From assembly GCF_009914755.1 (NCBI RefSeq), contig NC_060936.1: a DNA stretch of 64,000 bases; one strand, written 5' to 3'. Every line of letters begins with the position of its first letter. Position 1 is the first letter of the stretch. Shown piece by piece: positions 1 to 18,105 of this stretch. This DNA is from the human T2T-CHM13v2.0 reference genome, Homo sapiens. Made by a program: the position numbers and the translations under genes. The notes under the pieces are model-generated. The model worked only from the letters and a program-made list of their open reading frames with translations. It was not told where the DNA came from and did no database searches.

Positions 1-79
1 ATGGGTTTGTTTTCATGTTTCTGCTACTTAATTTGAAAACAAAGATTGTGGTTATCTTTCTATCTGCATGCATATCTGT

Positions 80-81
<2 letters not shown>

Positions 82-112
<31 letters not shown>
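82..112. repeat. (CA)n microsatellite
   Basis: Pure AC run of about 15 units. Confidence 0.95.
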
Positions 113-115
<3 letters not shown>

Positions 116-514
116 TACCATCATCGGTTCTAACCATTATGGATGCTTAGTAATTAGATAACATTGTTACTTTTTCAAACACCACCATCTCCCTTCATTC
201 AGGCCTTGTTCTGTCCTCACCTGTCCTAAGGCAACTCCATCACAAGCAGTTCAAGGTCCACTGAAACTGGAAGATATTTATCTGTATCTATTATAGAGTC
301 ATCATCTAGGGCAATGATGGGAGTTTTGGGGGCAGGGTTCAGTGACTCTCAAATGAAATTGGAGAGGGGTAGATTTTACCAGAATTACTGTAGCAAGGGC
401 AAACGTACATTTATATAGATATTGAATCTGTATTATACTGGACAAAAGTTTGTATTTTTATATAATACTACATGATGTAGAATCTTCTTAATAGGTGGGA
501 CATCTGTAAGATGG

Positions 515-611
515 AAATGAATACATTGAATTAGAACAATTTTTGAAATATTCTGTGACTCTAAAAATTCTATTTACTCTGGAGGCAGGTGTTGGTCTAC
601 TCTTTTCTCCA
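515..611 (+). repeat. 97-bp dispersed direct duplicate of 4182-4277
   Basis: aaatgaatacattgaa...ggtctactcttttctcca matches 4182-4277 with one substitution and one 1-bp indel. Confidence 0.95.
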
Positions 612-2700
612 TCTTGGGCATGTTGATGGATGGGGGTAGGTCATGAGATTTTTATGTACACTGAAAGCCTCCGTGGTTTAAACAAGGCTGAGAGATCCTT
701 GTTGAATTAATGTCAAATAGACGAGTCTATTTTGAAGACTGAAAAAATGATTCTTTCAGGGCACAGGAGATCTTAGGCCCAGAAAGGCAGATTCAGAAGA
801 ACCTACATGTAAATGAGACTGGAGTGGAAATGAGAATGGCAGGAAATGCATGGAAACAGACTTGTAACTGTCTCATGGCCTGGTCGTCCAAATCCCAGAG
901 GTTAGTCCATTCTCCTGCTTTGGTCAAGCTGCCCTGGAAGCCTCTCTTAGGCTGCTGTTGGTTCTCTCTGCGGGATCACTGCTAAAGATCCCGGAGTCAC
1001 TCCATGTCCCAGTGTTCTGCACATTGCTGTATGTTGGCTTGTGTGGCCAAACAGCATGTTTGGTGAGTGTGGGTTTAAACCAAACAGAGTTAGAGGAATC
1101 AAATATTAAATGGCTTAAGACTAAGATAATCTGACACATCCATCATTCACTTCAAGATGGAGATGATCTCTCTTCAGTGAAACTTAAAACCTCAGTCTAT
1201 TGGCCACAGCACCCCACATTCAATTCACCTTTACACTTGGAATGACTCTGCAATTGGGACTAGCAAGGCCAAGTCTGATGACACAGGACCCTCACCACTG
1301 TGGGTGCTTGGATAGGTATAGTCAATGCTTATCTTTGTATATTTTTTCCTGTTTCTTGGGCTATCCAATCATTCTTCTGACTGATACATTCTCCCTTTCA
1401 CTACATTAAAACACAAAGAGGCTACTTCTTGGATCTAACCAATCAGGAAGTGACTTGGCATGTCTATGCTGAGTTTAGCTAGGAGGTTAACGATCAAAAG
1501 GTAATTGTACAATCTCTGATCCCTAGTTATTAGGGAGACCTCTCAAAACCCCTAAGCACTGCTGACTGCCACCTTCCCGATCTAACATTCAATGATTCTA
1601 AGGCCAGAAATTTTGCTAGGCAGTGAGGAGAAGGGCATGGAGTTTCGGACAACCAAAGTGTTAAATTTTAATGCAGTAAGGCCCAGTCCTAGGGAATCCT
1701 GATGGGTTCTATAAACCATTCACCTGAGAGCTCTACTTTATAAATAAAGAAACCAAAAAGAAAGTTTTCTGAGTTGCATAGTTGCATCACACTGATTCTT
1801 CATGGAGGCAGATGGTGAGAAGTGAGGCAATTTGCCTTGGGAGTCTTTACAATCCATTTAGAAACAGCAGCACAAAAATCCTATGATCATCTCCCCGCTG
1901 CCAGCCTGAAATGTCAGCCCTGTGGGAAGCTGCTAGGTGTTCCTAACATCAGCCAAAGCGGCACCTCTACATTCATACCTTTCAGGGTGCTTTATTCACT
2001 ATATATTCTATGTAAACTGTTGGATTTGACAAGGAGGAGTTGTCAAAGGCAGATTACTGGGAAGGGCCGTGTTGGGTTGAATTTGGCACCAATCTCTCAT
2101 ACTTGACAGCTCATGTACAAGATTGTGGATGAGCTATAGGACCTGTGAGCCTCCTCAGTCAGCAAGCGCAGGCCCTAAGTCACATTTAATTCAGAAAGCC
2201 CTGACAGCCCTGCATAAAATGTGAGCCGTAAAATGGAGAGATAGGAGCTGTGTGCAAGAGTAGACCATTTAAGTTATTGCCTTTTACTGAAGTTTAGGAA
2301 AACATGAACCAGGACAATATAGACTCTGATATACCACGAAGAGATCTGTATTAGTAACTTCAAGAAAATAATCCAAATAATCCAAACTTTAAGCCAGACA
2401 TAATTTTTAATGACCCAAAACTAAGAGAGACATCAGTGGAGAGTTAGAGGTTGCCTAAAGTTCTTAGTCTTTTAGCCTAAGTCATTCGTATCTATACCTA
2501 TATCTTTATAGAAGCAAAACCACCCAAAATAAAGAGAATAGTGAAGGACTGAAGCAGTGTGGTATAGTGAATAGATCCTGGATTTGAAAAACACCTATAT
2601 CTGTGTCTTGAGTCTCGAGGCTTTCTGGCTGCCTGAGATAATGACTGAGGCTTTATGCCCCATCCTTAATTCTAAAGTGGCAAAATTAATACTTTACCTA

Positions 2701-3460
2701 CTGTATTAATAGCCACAATAATTCTGCATGATAAGTCATCCTATGACTCAGTGGCTTTGCTAATGGTTCTGTAGGGTTGGGCTGATCTTGACTGGGTTTG
2801 CTCATGTGTTTGCTGTAAGTTACAGGGTAGCCAGGCGGTCCTGCTGAATATGTGTCTGGGTTCTCTAAGGAATCTGGAAATTGGCTGAAACTTGGCTGAT
2901 TCAGAAAGATCTCAACTAGGGTTACTTGGGCAACTCAACTCTCTCCCATGTGTCTTATCCTGTACTACAGTGCTCAGCAAACTATGGACTCTGGGCCAAA
3001 TACAGCCCATGGGCTGTTTTTATAAATAATGTTTTATTGGAACGCAGCAGTACTTACTTATTTTTATATTTCCTGCAACTGCTTTTGTGTCACAATGGCA
3101 GAGTGGCGTAGTTGAATTGTTGCAGTGGAGACCACATGGCTCACAAAACCAAAAATATTTACTCTCTGGTGTTTTACAGAAAGTTTTCTGATTCTTGCTC
3201 CAGTAGGTTAGCCTGACTGTGCTATCACAGCATAGGAGCAAGACAGGAAATGGAACTGCATAAATCTCCTTTCAAGAGTCTGCAATCATTACATCCACCA
3301 ACATGCCCTTGGCCAGAGAAAGTCACAGGGCTGGCCTCAGAACTAAAGTGCTGAGAAATGGACTCAACCCCCTCAGGGAGATGAACCGCAAAGTCACATG
3401 GCACAGGGGCATGGATGCACAGAGGGATGAAGATTTAGGCCACTTATACAGTCAATCTAT
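2701..3460 (-). mobile_element. Old MaLR LTR (MLT1-family) interrupted by MER58A
   Basis: MLT1-like motifs (ctcagtggctt, ttggccagagaaagtcacaggg, gggcatggatgcacagaggg) lie on both sides of the MER58A. Confidence 0.6.
2968..3197. mobile_element. MER58A (hAT-Charlie MITE)
   Basis: cagtgctcagcaaactatgg...gggccaaat start and aaaatatttact..tgg...tttacagaaagttt end are typical of MER58A. Confidence 0.75.
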
Positions 3461-4079
3461 TGCACTTGTCCGCTTTGTTATGCTAGTATGAGTTTCAATT
3501 CAGACACATGTAAAAGCATTTTATAAACTTTATGACATTATGCAATTAAAACAGCATTTATTCTAATGTGTCATAATTTTATCAGATTAGTGGTAATCTG
3601 TGATATGCTCAGTATGAGAGCAATAGTTACAAACTAAGTAAAAAACACAATACAGGGTTTGTGAACTTGGCCTTCTCCCTCTCATTTGCAATGTGCTGCC
3701 TTAGGAAGACAGATGGGACAAGGAACAAATATTTGGACAGCCTTATCGCCTCTATAACTAAGTTGGTTCCCAAACTGTGCCCAGTCTGTTCTCTTGAAAT
3801 TATAATATGCACCCTGCTCCCAACCAAGTGTTTCATCAAATTTAATCAGTTTCTGATTATTCACATATTAAATGTAGACCAGAGAATATTGCTGGCCCAA
3901 ATGTAAAATTTTTGTGTTAGTGTTTGCTGAAATAATTGTATATTATCTTCTATGGGTTGTATATTAATCATGAAAATAAAGCTGTGCTAAGTTCTTGTTT
4001 GAGCTACCCAATTTATAACTTGATAGTGAAAGGAATATAATTTCCTTTGTAACTCATCTTTCATGACAATACAGTTAGA

Positions 4080-4240
4080 GGCTGGATCCTAGAATTGATT
4101 CTAATAATAGTTTTGCCACTGATACACATGAGAAACCCAGGCAAGTCACCTACTTATGCTCTATTCATTTCTTCACATTTAAAATGAATACATTGAACTA
4201 GAACAATTTTTGAAATATTCTGTGACTCTAAAAATTCTAT
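4080..4240 (+). mobile_element. MIR/MIR3 SINE fragment
   Basis: ggcaagtcac...catttaaaatg...ctctaaaaattctat core and tail. Confidence 0.5.
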
Positions 4241-5100
4241 TTACTCTGGAGGCAGGTGTTGGTCTACTCTTTCTCCAGTGATAAAATATGAATATCAAGA
4301 TGTGGAAATAATTATAGCAGAAAGCTTATAGCCTTTATTAATGAGGTCAAGCTCAATTTGAGTTAAATAGCATTTTGTGGGTTTAATGTCTCAGAATAAT
4401 AATCTTTAATTTTCTCTGAATCGCCAATGTGATGTCACCAAAATGAAATGATTGTTACTTTTCCGAAAAATTCAATAAATGCATTGAATTACCTCCATTT
4501 AATAATTTTCTTCTATTAATTCTTCTTCAGACATTGAACATACTATCACTTGAATAGACCAGTAACTTGTGCTAGTAGTTGATGGTGGGACAAATAGAAT
4601 GCTTGGAAGTAAATGAAACAGGGTTCCTTGGTCTAATCATTATTCTGGGTTCCCAGAATCTTGACTCTATGAATTAGTTAGGTTCTACCTAGTCCAAATG
4701 TGTACAGATAAAATAAAAGAAAAATGTTTATTCATTTCTTCATAAAGAAATATTTATTGAAGGACTCATATGTGCCCAGCACTATTCTAGATGCTTGGTA
4801 TACAACAAGGACCACAGAAAAAGTTTGCATTCCAAAGGAAATTCTTTAACTTAGGGCTTGTAAAGAAAGAAAGATGGTGAAACGACTGAACTCATATTAT
4901 ACCAGAAGTCAGTCAACTATGGTCTGTGGGCCAAATCTGACCTGCCACCTCTTTTTGTATGGCCCACAAGCTAACAATGATCAATGGTTTTTACTAATGA
5001 ACATTTGCAATCAATTTGATGACTAGAAACACTAACCTTGAACTCCAATTAAGCAAAATGTTAATCCCCTGAATAAAAATTCCATTCTTCTCATTAGTAG

Positions 5101-7020
<1,920 letters not shown>

Positions 7021-7999
7021 AAAGTATTTACTCTGGCCTTTTACAAAGTTTGTCAACTCCTGATCTATACAATTGAATAAAAAGCATATAAATGGATACT
7101 GAAATTTCTCTCATTATTTTTCACTGACTAACTGGTGCCAGAATTTAATCAAAGTGACTAAGAACACCACTTTATTTCAACATTGGTCCTCTTATATTTG
7201 CCCCAAATTATCCATTTTTGTTTCAAATTATTACAATTATTACATTCTATATGGCTTGGTATATATGGGATACTCAGTAATTTTTCAAGAATTTTCTCAG
7301 TTGTTAAAGGATTGAAATATTGTTAATTGTCTTCTATGAAAACATAGCTTCTTATCAGCATGTTTTGAGCTTGTATGTGCTTTCCCTAGTAGCTGAATTT
7401 TTTTCCATGAGATCAGTTCTCTTGACATTACTGTGATGGAAATTGAGGTTTTAAAGTCCCTTTGGTTGGAAAAGTGTATTTTTGTTTGGAGTAGATATGC
7501 AGAAATCATGATACATCCAGTGTAACACCATTAAATCACTCACTTCTCAGAAACGGTAGCTAAAACCATTAATGTTTAATCACTTCATAGCCAATGCCAA
7601 GTAGTTTACATTAACAGGGAGCAGAATATGCTATGGCCAAATGAAACTAAATGGAAAACTCAGAAACAGCTGATGATGTCTAACATCTTTGTTTTTTCCT
7701 GGGACATTTATGCTCACGGTGGTGATTTTATATTGCACACATATAATATAGTCATGGTTATTGCTTTTAAAATTGCTCCTAGTTTCTTTGATGGATTTAA
7801 ATTTATTGCTGTTTTATGGAGAGATAGCATATTATTCCACCAGGAGCATCACAGTGTCTCATTGCTCTGCCACACAAACAAAATTTAAACCCACCCAAAT
7901 CCAAAAATCACCCCAAATCCCTTTATCCAGAATAAAAACAATAGCCATTATGTTTAGGATACTGATTAGCATTTTAAACTATATTTTAAAATATGAAGA

Positions 8000-10420
8000 A
8001 GAAAAATGTCATAGATTACTATTTTTAGGAACCTACCCCAAAGTTACACTAGATAAATGTATGAAAGTACTTGAAAACCAGGTTATTTATTGAAGCACCA
8101 TTTTTAATAGCAAGCGAATGCAAATAATTCAAATATTCACTAACAGAGACTGGTTAAATAAACTATGAAGATTAACACAATAGATTATTATGCAGCTGTA
8201 AAAAGAATTAGAAAAATCTCTATATGTTACTATGGTTACTGTGGAATAAACTTTAGGATATATATATACTCTTGTATGTGTGTGAGTGTGTATTTGTGCT
8301 TATGTTTTATTTAATTTAGTATTGGTTTGTTTTAGAGACAAGTCTCACTCTGTTGCCCATGCTGAAGTGCAGTGGGACAATCACAGCTCACTGTAAGCTC
8401 AAACTCCTGGGCTCAAGCGATCCTCCCTCTGCCGCCTCTTGAGTAGCTTAGACAACAGGCATGCACCACCATGCCTGGATAATTTTTAAATTTTTTGTAG
8501 AGATAGGGTCTTGCTATGTTACCCAGTCTGGTCTCAAAATCTTGGCTTCAAGTGTTCCTCCTGCCTTGGCCTCCCAAAGTGCCGGGATTGAAGGAGTGAG
8601 CCACTGCACCCTGACTGTTCTTATGTTTTAAAATCAATGAAAAGACAGACCATAAAGTTTGGAAAAAATAGTTAACTATAGAGGGAAGGAGGCAATAGAA
8701 TAAAATGAAAAGAGATAGAAACTATTTTTAAAAGTATCTTGTTTTAAAGATGTGACTTTGAAAACATAAATATTTTACATAATGATTAAATTAATTAAAC
8801 ACAAAGAGCAGTTCCTAAACATTGAAAGTAAAAAGAAACAAAGAAACCTCAATGCGTATCCTATTGATGGCATAACCTTCCACAAAGGAACTATCCGAAG
8901 TGGTCTTAAAATGTAACAATTTGATTAAACATAAATGGTAGGACAACAGAATATGAAAACAATCTTTTCAGTAATAGTATTATTATTGGTAGTAGTGTTG
9001 ATACTATTCTGAGACTGCAATCTGCATAGTGTGGCATGAAACAAATGAGTAATTATATCAGCATCACTGAAAACTAGGATTTGGGGCATGGCAGAAAGAA
9101 GATACACATACAAAATCAAATACGTAGAAACTCTGTACTACTGAATTTGAATTAGAAGTATTAGTTTTAACTGATGATGTGTTTTATCTAAAACAAAACA
9201 AAGATAATTATTTTTATCTACGTCTACTGAAAGGAATTAGCAAGCAGATGCAGGCAATGTGAGATGAACCTGGAATATGACTTACCATATTAGAAAATAA
9301 TGATGCTATTCAATACAACTAGCATTGTGTCAAAAGGACTCTAGACTAAATGAATACGCTCCCATGCCAATAAATTTCAAGATGTGAAAGATGTTTAAAT
9401 CTATGAGCTCATAAGATATATACACACACAACACCCACACACCTATATGTACACACACAGATTTTATACATATATATAAATGTATTTTATGTGTTCACGT
9501 GTGTGTATATAGTCTTTGAAGGATATTAAAAATCTTATTTTTTTTAATTGTTTAGAATCAAACAAACCCTGAGCATTTATCTTGCCTCTTCTATATAAAG
9601 TTTAACTCGGCATAACCAATTGCTGATGAAGAAGAAATGTTTCCTTGTAGAAGCAAACCAGTGAATAATTGAAGAAAAAATTTATCTTTTCAACATCTAA
9701 TGAGTTAATGGATTCAAGCAAAGATTATCCACGGCTGTTAACAACACAAAAAGACAATCGGAAATTAGTTATTACTGCGGGAAGTACCCAATACCATCTA
9801 TGAAACTGTGTGGACAAAAACACTGACAAAAATCTCCACGAATCTCTAATTTTGAATACAAATTTAAAGAAAATGCAAAGGATTAAAATAGACCATGATG
9901 AAGTCAGAAAAATTCAGACAGAGAAAAATGCTCCAGGACCAGAAACCCATTTCTTCCGCAAAAGCTTCCAGGTAGAGATTGACTGACCGAGAGAACAGAG
10001 ACATAGAGAGAACCTAGAGATTAAAAGAAACTTGAGCGATTTGTCAGCATTCAGTTGCAACGTATGGATGTGATTTGAATTCTAATTTAAAAACCAAAGT
10101 AGAAAGTGGTAAACAATTGGGGAAATGTGAACAATGATAGAATATTTAATATTAATGAAATATGTTAAATATTTTCAGATATGATAATGGCATTGAGTAT
10201 GTAAAAAAGAGCCTGTTTTTAAAGAAATACCTCTGAAATACAGATGATATAATATCATCTGTATATTAGATGATATTATATATATCAGTATCATCAGAAT
10301 AAAGTAAGGTTAGCATGAATTGTTAATTGTTGACACTGTGCAATAGGTACGTGGATAATTACTATACTGTTCTCATTCCTTTTATTTATGTTTGAAATGT
10401 TCTAAAATTAAAAGTTAAAG
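8000..10420 (+). mobile_element. Old L1M (L1MC/ME-type) 3' region, fragmented
   Basis: Degenerate L1 3' motifs (tattatgcagctgtaaaaagaat; ttgttaattgttga...ataggtac; tatgtttgaaat...aaaagttaaa). Confidence 0.6.
8309..8615 (-). mobile_element. AluJ (Jo/Jr-like)
   Basis: Antisense Alu with J diagnostics (ctcctgggctcaagcgatcctcc). TSD tgt(g/t)cttatgtttt at 8295 and 8616. Confidence 0.9.
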
Positions 10421-10511
10421 CATAGAGTGTAAAGTTGAGCAAATTCCTCCAAGACCTAAATATAGCTTATCAAAACTTACATTAATTAGATGCTGACTGT
10501 TGAGCTAATAC

Positions 10512-10585
10512 TTTTTTTTAATGATGTGTGCTTCAGTTTATTGCACTTTTCAAATACTCCAGTTTTTTGTGTGCGTGTGTTTTTT
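10512..10585 (-). other. L1 3' transduction (non-L1 sequence with its own AATAAA and second poly(A))
   Basis: Lies between the L1 3' end (~10586) and the TSD (10501-10515). tttatt (AATAAA on minus) at 10537-10542; T-run at 10512-10519. Confidence 0.8.
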
Positions 10586-10797
10586 AAATTTTATTATTAT
10601 TAAAGTTTTAGGGTACATGTGCACAACGTGCAGGTTTGTTACATATGTATACATGTGCCATGTTGGTGTGCTGCACCCATTAACTCGTCATTGAGCACTA
10701 GGTATATCTCCTAGTGCTATCCCTCCCCCCTCCCCCCACCCCGCAACGGTCCCCAGTGTGTGATGTTCCCCTTCCTGTGTCCATGTGTTCTCCTTGT

Positions 10798-14614
<3,817 letters not shown>

Positions 14615-14677
14615 TATGATGTTAGCTGGTTATTTTGCTCGTTAGTTGATGCAGTTTCTTCCTAGCATTGACAGTCT

Positions 14678-15692
14678 TTACAATTTGGCATGTTTTTGCA
14701 GTGGCTGGTACCGGTTCTTCCTTTCCATATTTAGTGCTTCCTTCAGGAGCTCTTTCAGGGCAGGCCTGGTGGTGACAAAATCTCTCAGCATTTGCTTGTC
14801 TGTAAAGTATTTTATTTCTCTTTCACTTATGAAGCTTAGTTTGGCTGGATATGAAATTCTGGGTTGAAAATTCTTTTCTTTAAGAATGTTGAATATTGGT
14901 CCCCACTCTCTTCTGGCTTGTAGAGTTTCTGCCGAGAGATCAGCTATTAGTCTGATGGGCTTCCCTTTGTGGGTAACCCGACCTTTCTCTCTGGCTGCTC
15001 TTAACATTTTTTCCTTCATTTCAACTTTGGTGAATCTCACAATTATGTGTCTTGGGGTTGCTCTCGAGGAGTATCTTTGTGGCATTCTCTGTATTTCCTG
15101 AATTTGAATGTTGGCCTGCCTTGCTAGATTGGGGAAGTTCTCCTGGATAATATCCTGCAGAGTGTTTTCCACCTTGGTTCCATTCTCCCCATCACTTTCA
15201 GGTACACCAATCAGACGTAGATTTGGTCTTTTCACATAGTCCCATATTTCTTGGAGGCTTTGTTCATTTCTTTTTATTCTTTTTTCTCTAAACTTCTCTT
15301 CTCGCTTCGTTTCATTCATTTCATCTTCCATCACTGATACCCTTTCTTCCAGTTGATCGCATCAGCTACTGAGGCTTCTGCATTCTTCACATAGCTCTCG
15401 TGCCTTGGTTTTCAGCTCCATCAGGTCCTTTAAGTACTTCTCTGCATTGGTTATTCTAGTTATCCATTCATCTAATTTTTTTTTCAAAGCTTTTAACTTC
15501 TTTGCCATTGGTTCGAATTTCCTCCTGTAGCTCGGAGTAGTTTGATCATCTGAAGCCTTCTTCTCTCAACTCATCAAAGTCATTCTCTGTCCCGCTTTGT
15601 TCCGTTGCTGGTGAGGAGCTGCATTCCTTTTGAGGAGGAGAGGCGCTCTGATTTTTAGAGTTTCTAGTTTTTCTGCTCTGTTTTTTTCCCAT
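14678..15692 (-). pseudogene. L1 ORF1p, disrupted in the N-terminal half
   Basis: C-terminal 218 aa open (EIWDYVKRPNLRLIGVPE...YQPLQKHAKL). ATG at 15690-15692, but the upstream frame is broken. Confidence 0.9.
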
Positions 15693-15819
15693 CTTTGTGG
15701 TTTTATCTACCTTTGGTCTTTGATGATGGTGACATACAGATGGGTTTTTGGTATGGATGTCCTTTCTGTTTGTTAGTTTTCCTTCTAACAGACAGGACCC
15801 TCAGCTGCAGGTCTGTTGG

Positions 15820-15948
15820 AGTTTGCTGGAGGTCCACTCCAGACCCTGTTTGCCTGGGTATCAGCAGCAGTGGCTGTAGAACAGTGTGTATTGGTGAACC
15901 GCAAATGCTGCTGCCTGATCGTTCCTCTGGAGGTTTTGTCTCAGAGGA
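15820..15948 (-). promoter_or_regulatory. 129-bp L1 5'UTR segment containing the ZNF93-binding region
   Basis: Extra sequence gtttgctggaggtccactccagaccc...tcagagga sits between gtctgttgga and gtacccggccgtgtgagg, which are adjacent in L1HS. Confidence 0.75.
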
Positions 15949-16275
15949 GTACCCGGCCGTGTGAGGTGTCAGTCCGCCCCTACTGGGGGGGTGCCTCCCA
16001 GTTAGGCTATTCGGGGATCAGGGACCCACTTGAGGAGGCAGTCTGCCCGTTCTCAGATCTCAAGCTGTGTGCTGGGAGAACCACTACTCTCTTCAAAGCT
16101 GTCAGACAGGGACTTTTAAGTCTGCAGAGGTTACTGCGGTCTTTTTGTTTGTCTGTGCCCTGCCCGCAGAAGTGGAGCCTACAGAGGCAGGCAGGCCTCC
16201 TTGAGCTGTGGTGGGCTCCACCCAGTTCCAGCTTCCCAGCCGCTTTGTTTACCTAATCAAACAACTAACTCAGCA

Positions 16276-16458
16276 ATGGTGGGCGCCCCTCCCCCAGCCT
16301 CGCTGCTGCCTTGCAGTTTGATCTCGGACTGCTGTGCTAGCAATGAGCGAGACTCCGTGGGCATGGGACCCTCCGAGCCAGGTGCGAGATATAATCTCCT
16401 GGTGTGCCTTGTTTTAAGCCCATTGGAAAAGCACAGTATTAGAGTGGGAGAGACCTGA
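16276..16458 (+). pseudogene. L1 antisense ORF0, truncated to 60 aa
   Basis: MVGAPPPASLLPCSLISDCCASNERDSVGMGPSEPG... matches ORF0. TGA occurs where the consensus reads Arg (CGA). Confidence 0.8.
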
Positions 16459-16707
16459 TTTTCCAGGTGCCGTCTCTCACCCCTTTCTTTGACTAGGAAA
16501 GGGAATTCCCTGACCCCTTGCACTTCCTGGGTGAGGCGATGCCTCGCCTTGCTTTGGCTCGTGCACGGTGCACTGCACCCACTGACCTGCGCCTACTGTC
16601 TGGCACTCCCCAGCGAGATGAACCTGGTACCTCAGTTGGAAATGCAGAAATCACCCGTTTTCTGCCTCACTCACGCTGGGAGCTGTAGACCGGAGCTGTT
16701 CCTATTC

Positions 16708-16718
16708 GGCCATCTTGG
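16708..16718 (-). promoter_or_regulatory. YY1 site of the L1 sense promoter
   Basis: ggccatcttgg = CCAAGATGGCC on the minus strand at the L1 5' end. Confidence 0.8.
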
Positions 16719-16871
16719 CTTCTCTCTGAGCTAATACTTTTAAAATATTTTGCACTCCACAGAGGAAGGTTTTATATGTAAGTCTGAGTTTTGTTTTTCT
16801 GAGTTGTTTTCAGTTGGTCCATGTGATTACATTTTTATACATGGTAAAAATTTATATATTTTTTTCCAAGT

Positions 16872-17195
<324 letters not shown>

Positions 17196-17641
17196 TGAGT
17201 TTCTTTCTTAAAGTTTGTGTTAAGATGTTGCCATGTGGGGACAATATCATAATATAACATACTATTCTGTGTGTGTCTGCACATGTATAATACAGATATT
17301 ATTTTAAAATATGATTACAAATGGCATAATCTCTTTCTGAAACCATACAGGTTTTTGTTGCATTTTTTTTCATTAACACTATGCCCTGAGACTTTATTAC
17401 CAAAGGGAAGAGGAGAGGAGGCATTTTCTATTCAAGAAGCCCACAAATAGGAATTAACACAGGTGCAACAGGGGGAATTCTTCATTGAAAAGGGACAAAA
17501 AGTAGAAATTCCTCTGGTACAAAAAGAGGGGGTTCAGAGAGAATGGATCTTGGGTTGGGATACTGCTGGGGTCCCCTGAGGGAACTTACCCATCTCTGGC
17601 CTTTGTGAGAAGATAGGCACCCTATTGAAGGATATGCCCCA

Positions 17642-18105
17642 TGTAATTGATTTAAATGTGCCCTCCTGCCCCCCAAAATGTATCCAACTTCTAATCCTTG
17701 GAACCTATAAATGTGACCTTTTGTGGAAAAAAGGGTTTGGGCAGACATAATTAAGTTAAGGTTATCTCGATGAGATTATTCTGGATTAGATTGGGCTCTA
17801 AATCCAATGGCAAATAATTAGAAGAGAAGGGGAAACAGATGCAGAGACACAGAGAGAAGTCCACGTGAGGACAGATGCAGAGAGTGGGGTTACACAGCCC
17901 CAAGCCAAGGAATGCCAAGGGTTGCAAGCAACCAGAAGGTAGGAGAGAGGCAAGGAACAGACGCCCTGGAGAATCCAGACAGAACCAACCCTGCCAACAA
18001 CTTGATTTCAGGTTTCTGACCTCCTGAACTGGGAGATAATAAATTTATGTTTTAAGCCGCTAAGTTTGTGGTAATTTGGTATGAATTGCTCTAGAAAACC
18101 AATAT
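17642..18105 (+). mobile_element. MLT1B/C-type MaLR solo LTR
   Basis: tg...aatgtgacctt...aagccaaggaatgccaagg...aataaattt...gaaaaccaatata. Confidence 0.8.

Noticed and set aside
1436-1455. CCAAT plus ETS (ggaagtg) promoter-like motif pair
   Set aside because: Short motifs with no CpG island or downstream gene; may be chance or an LTR remnant.
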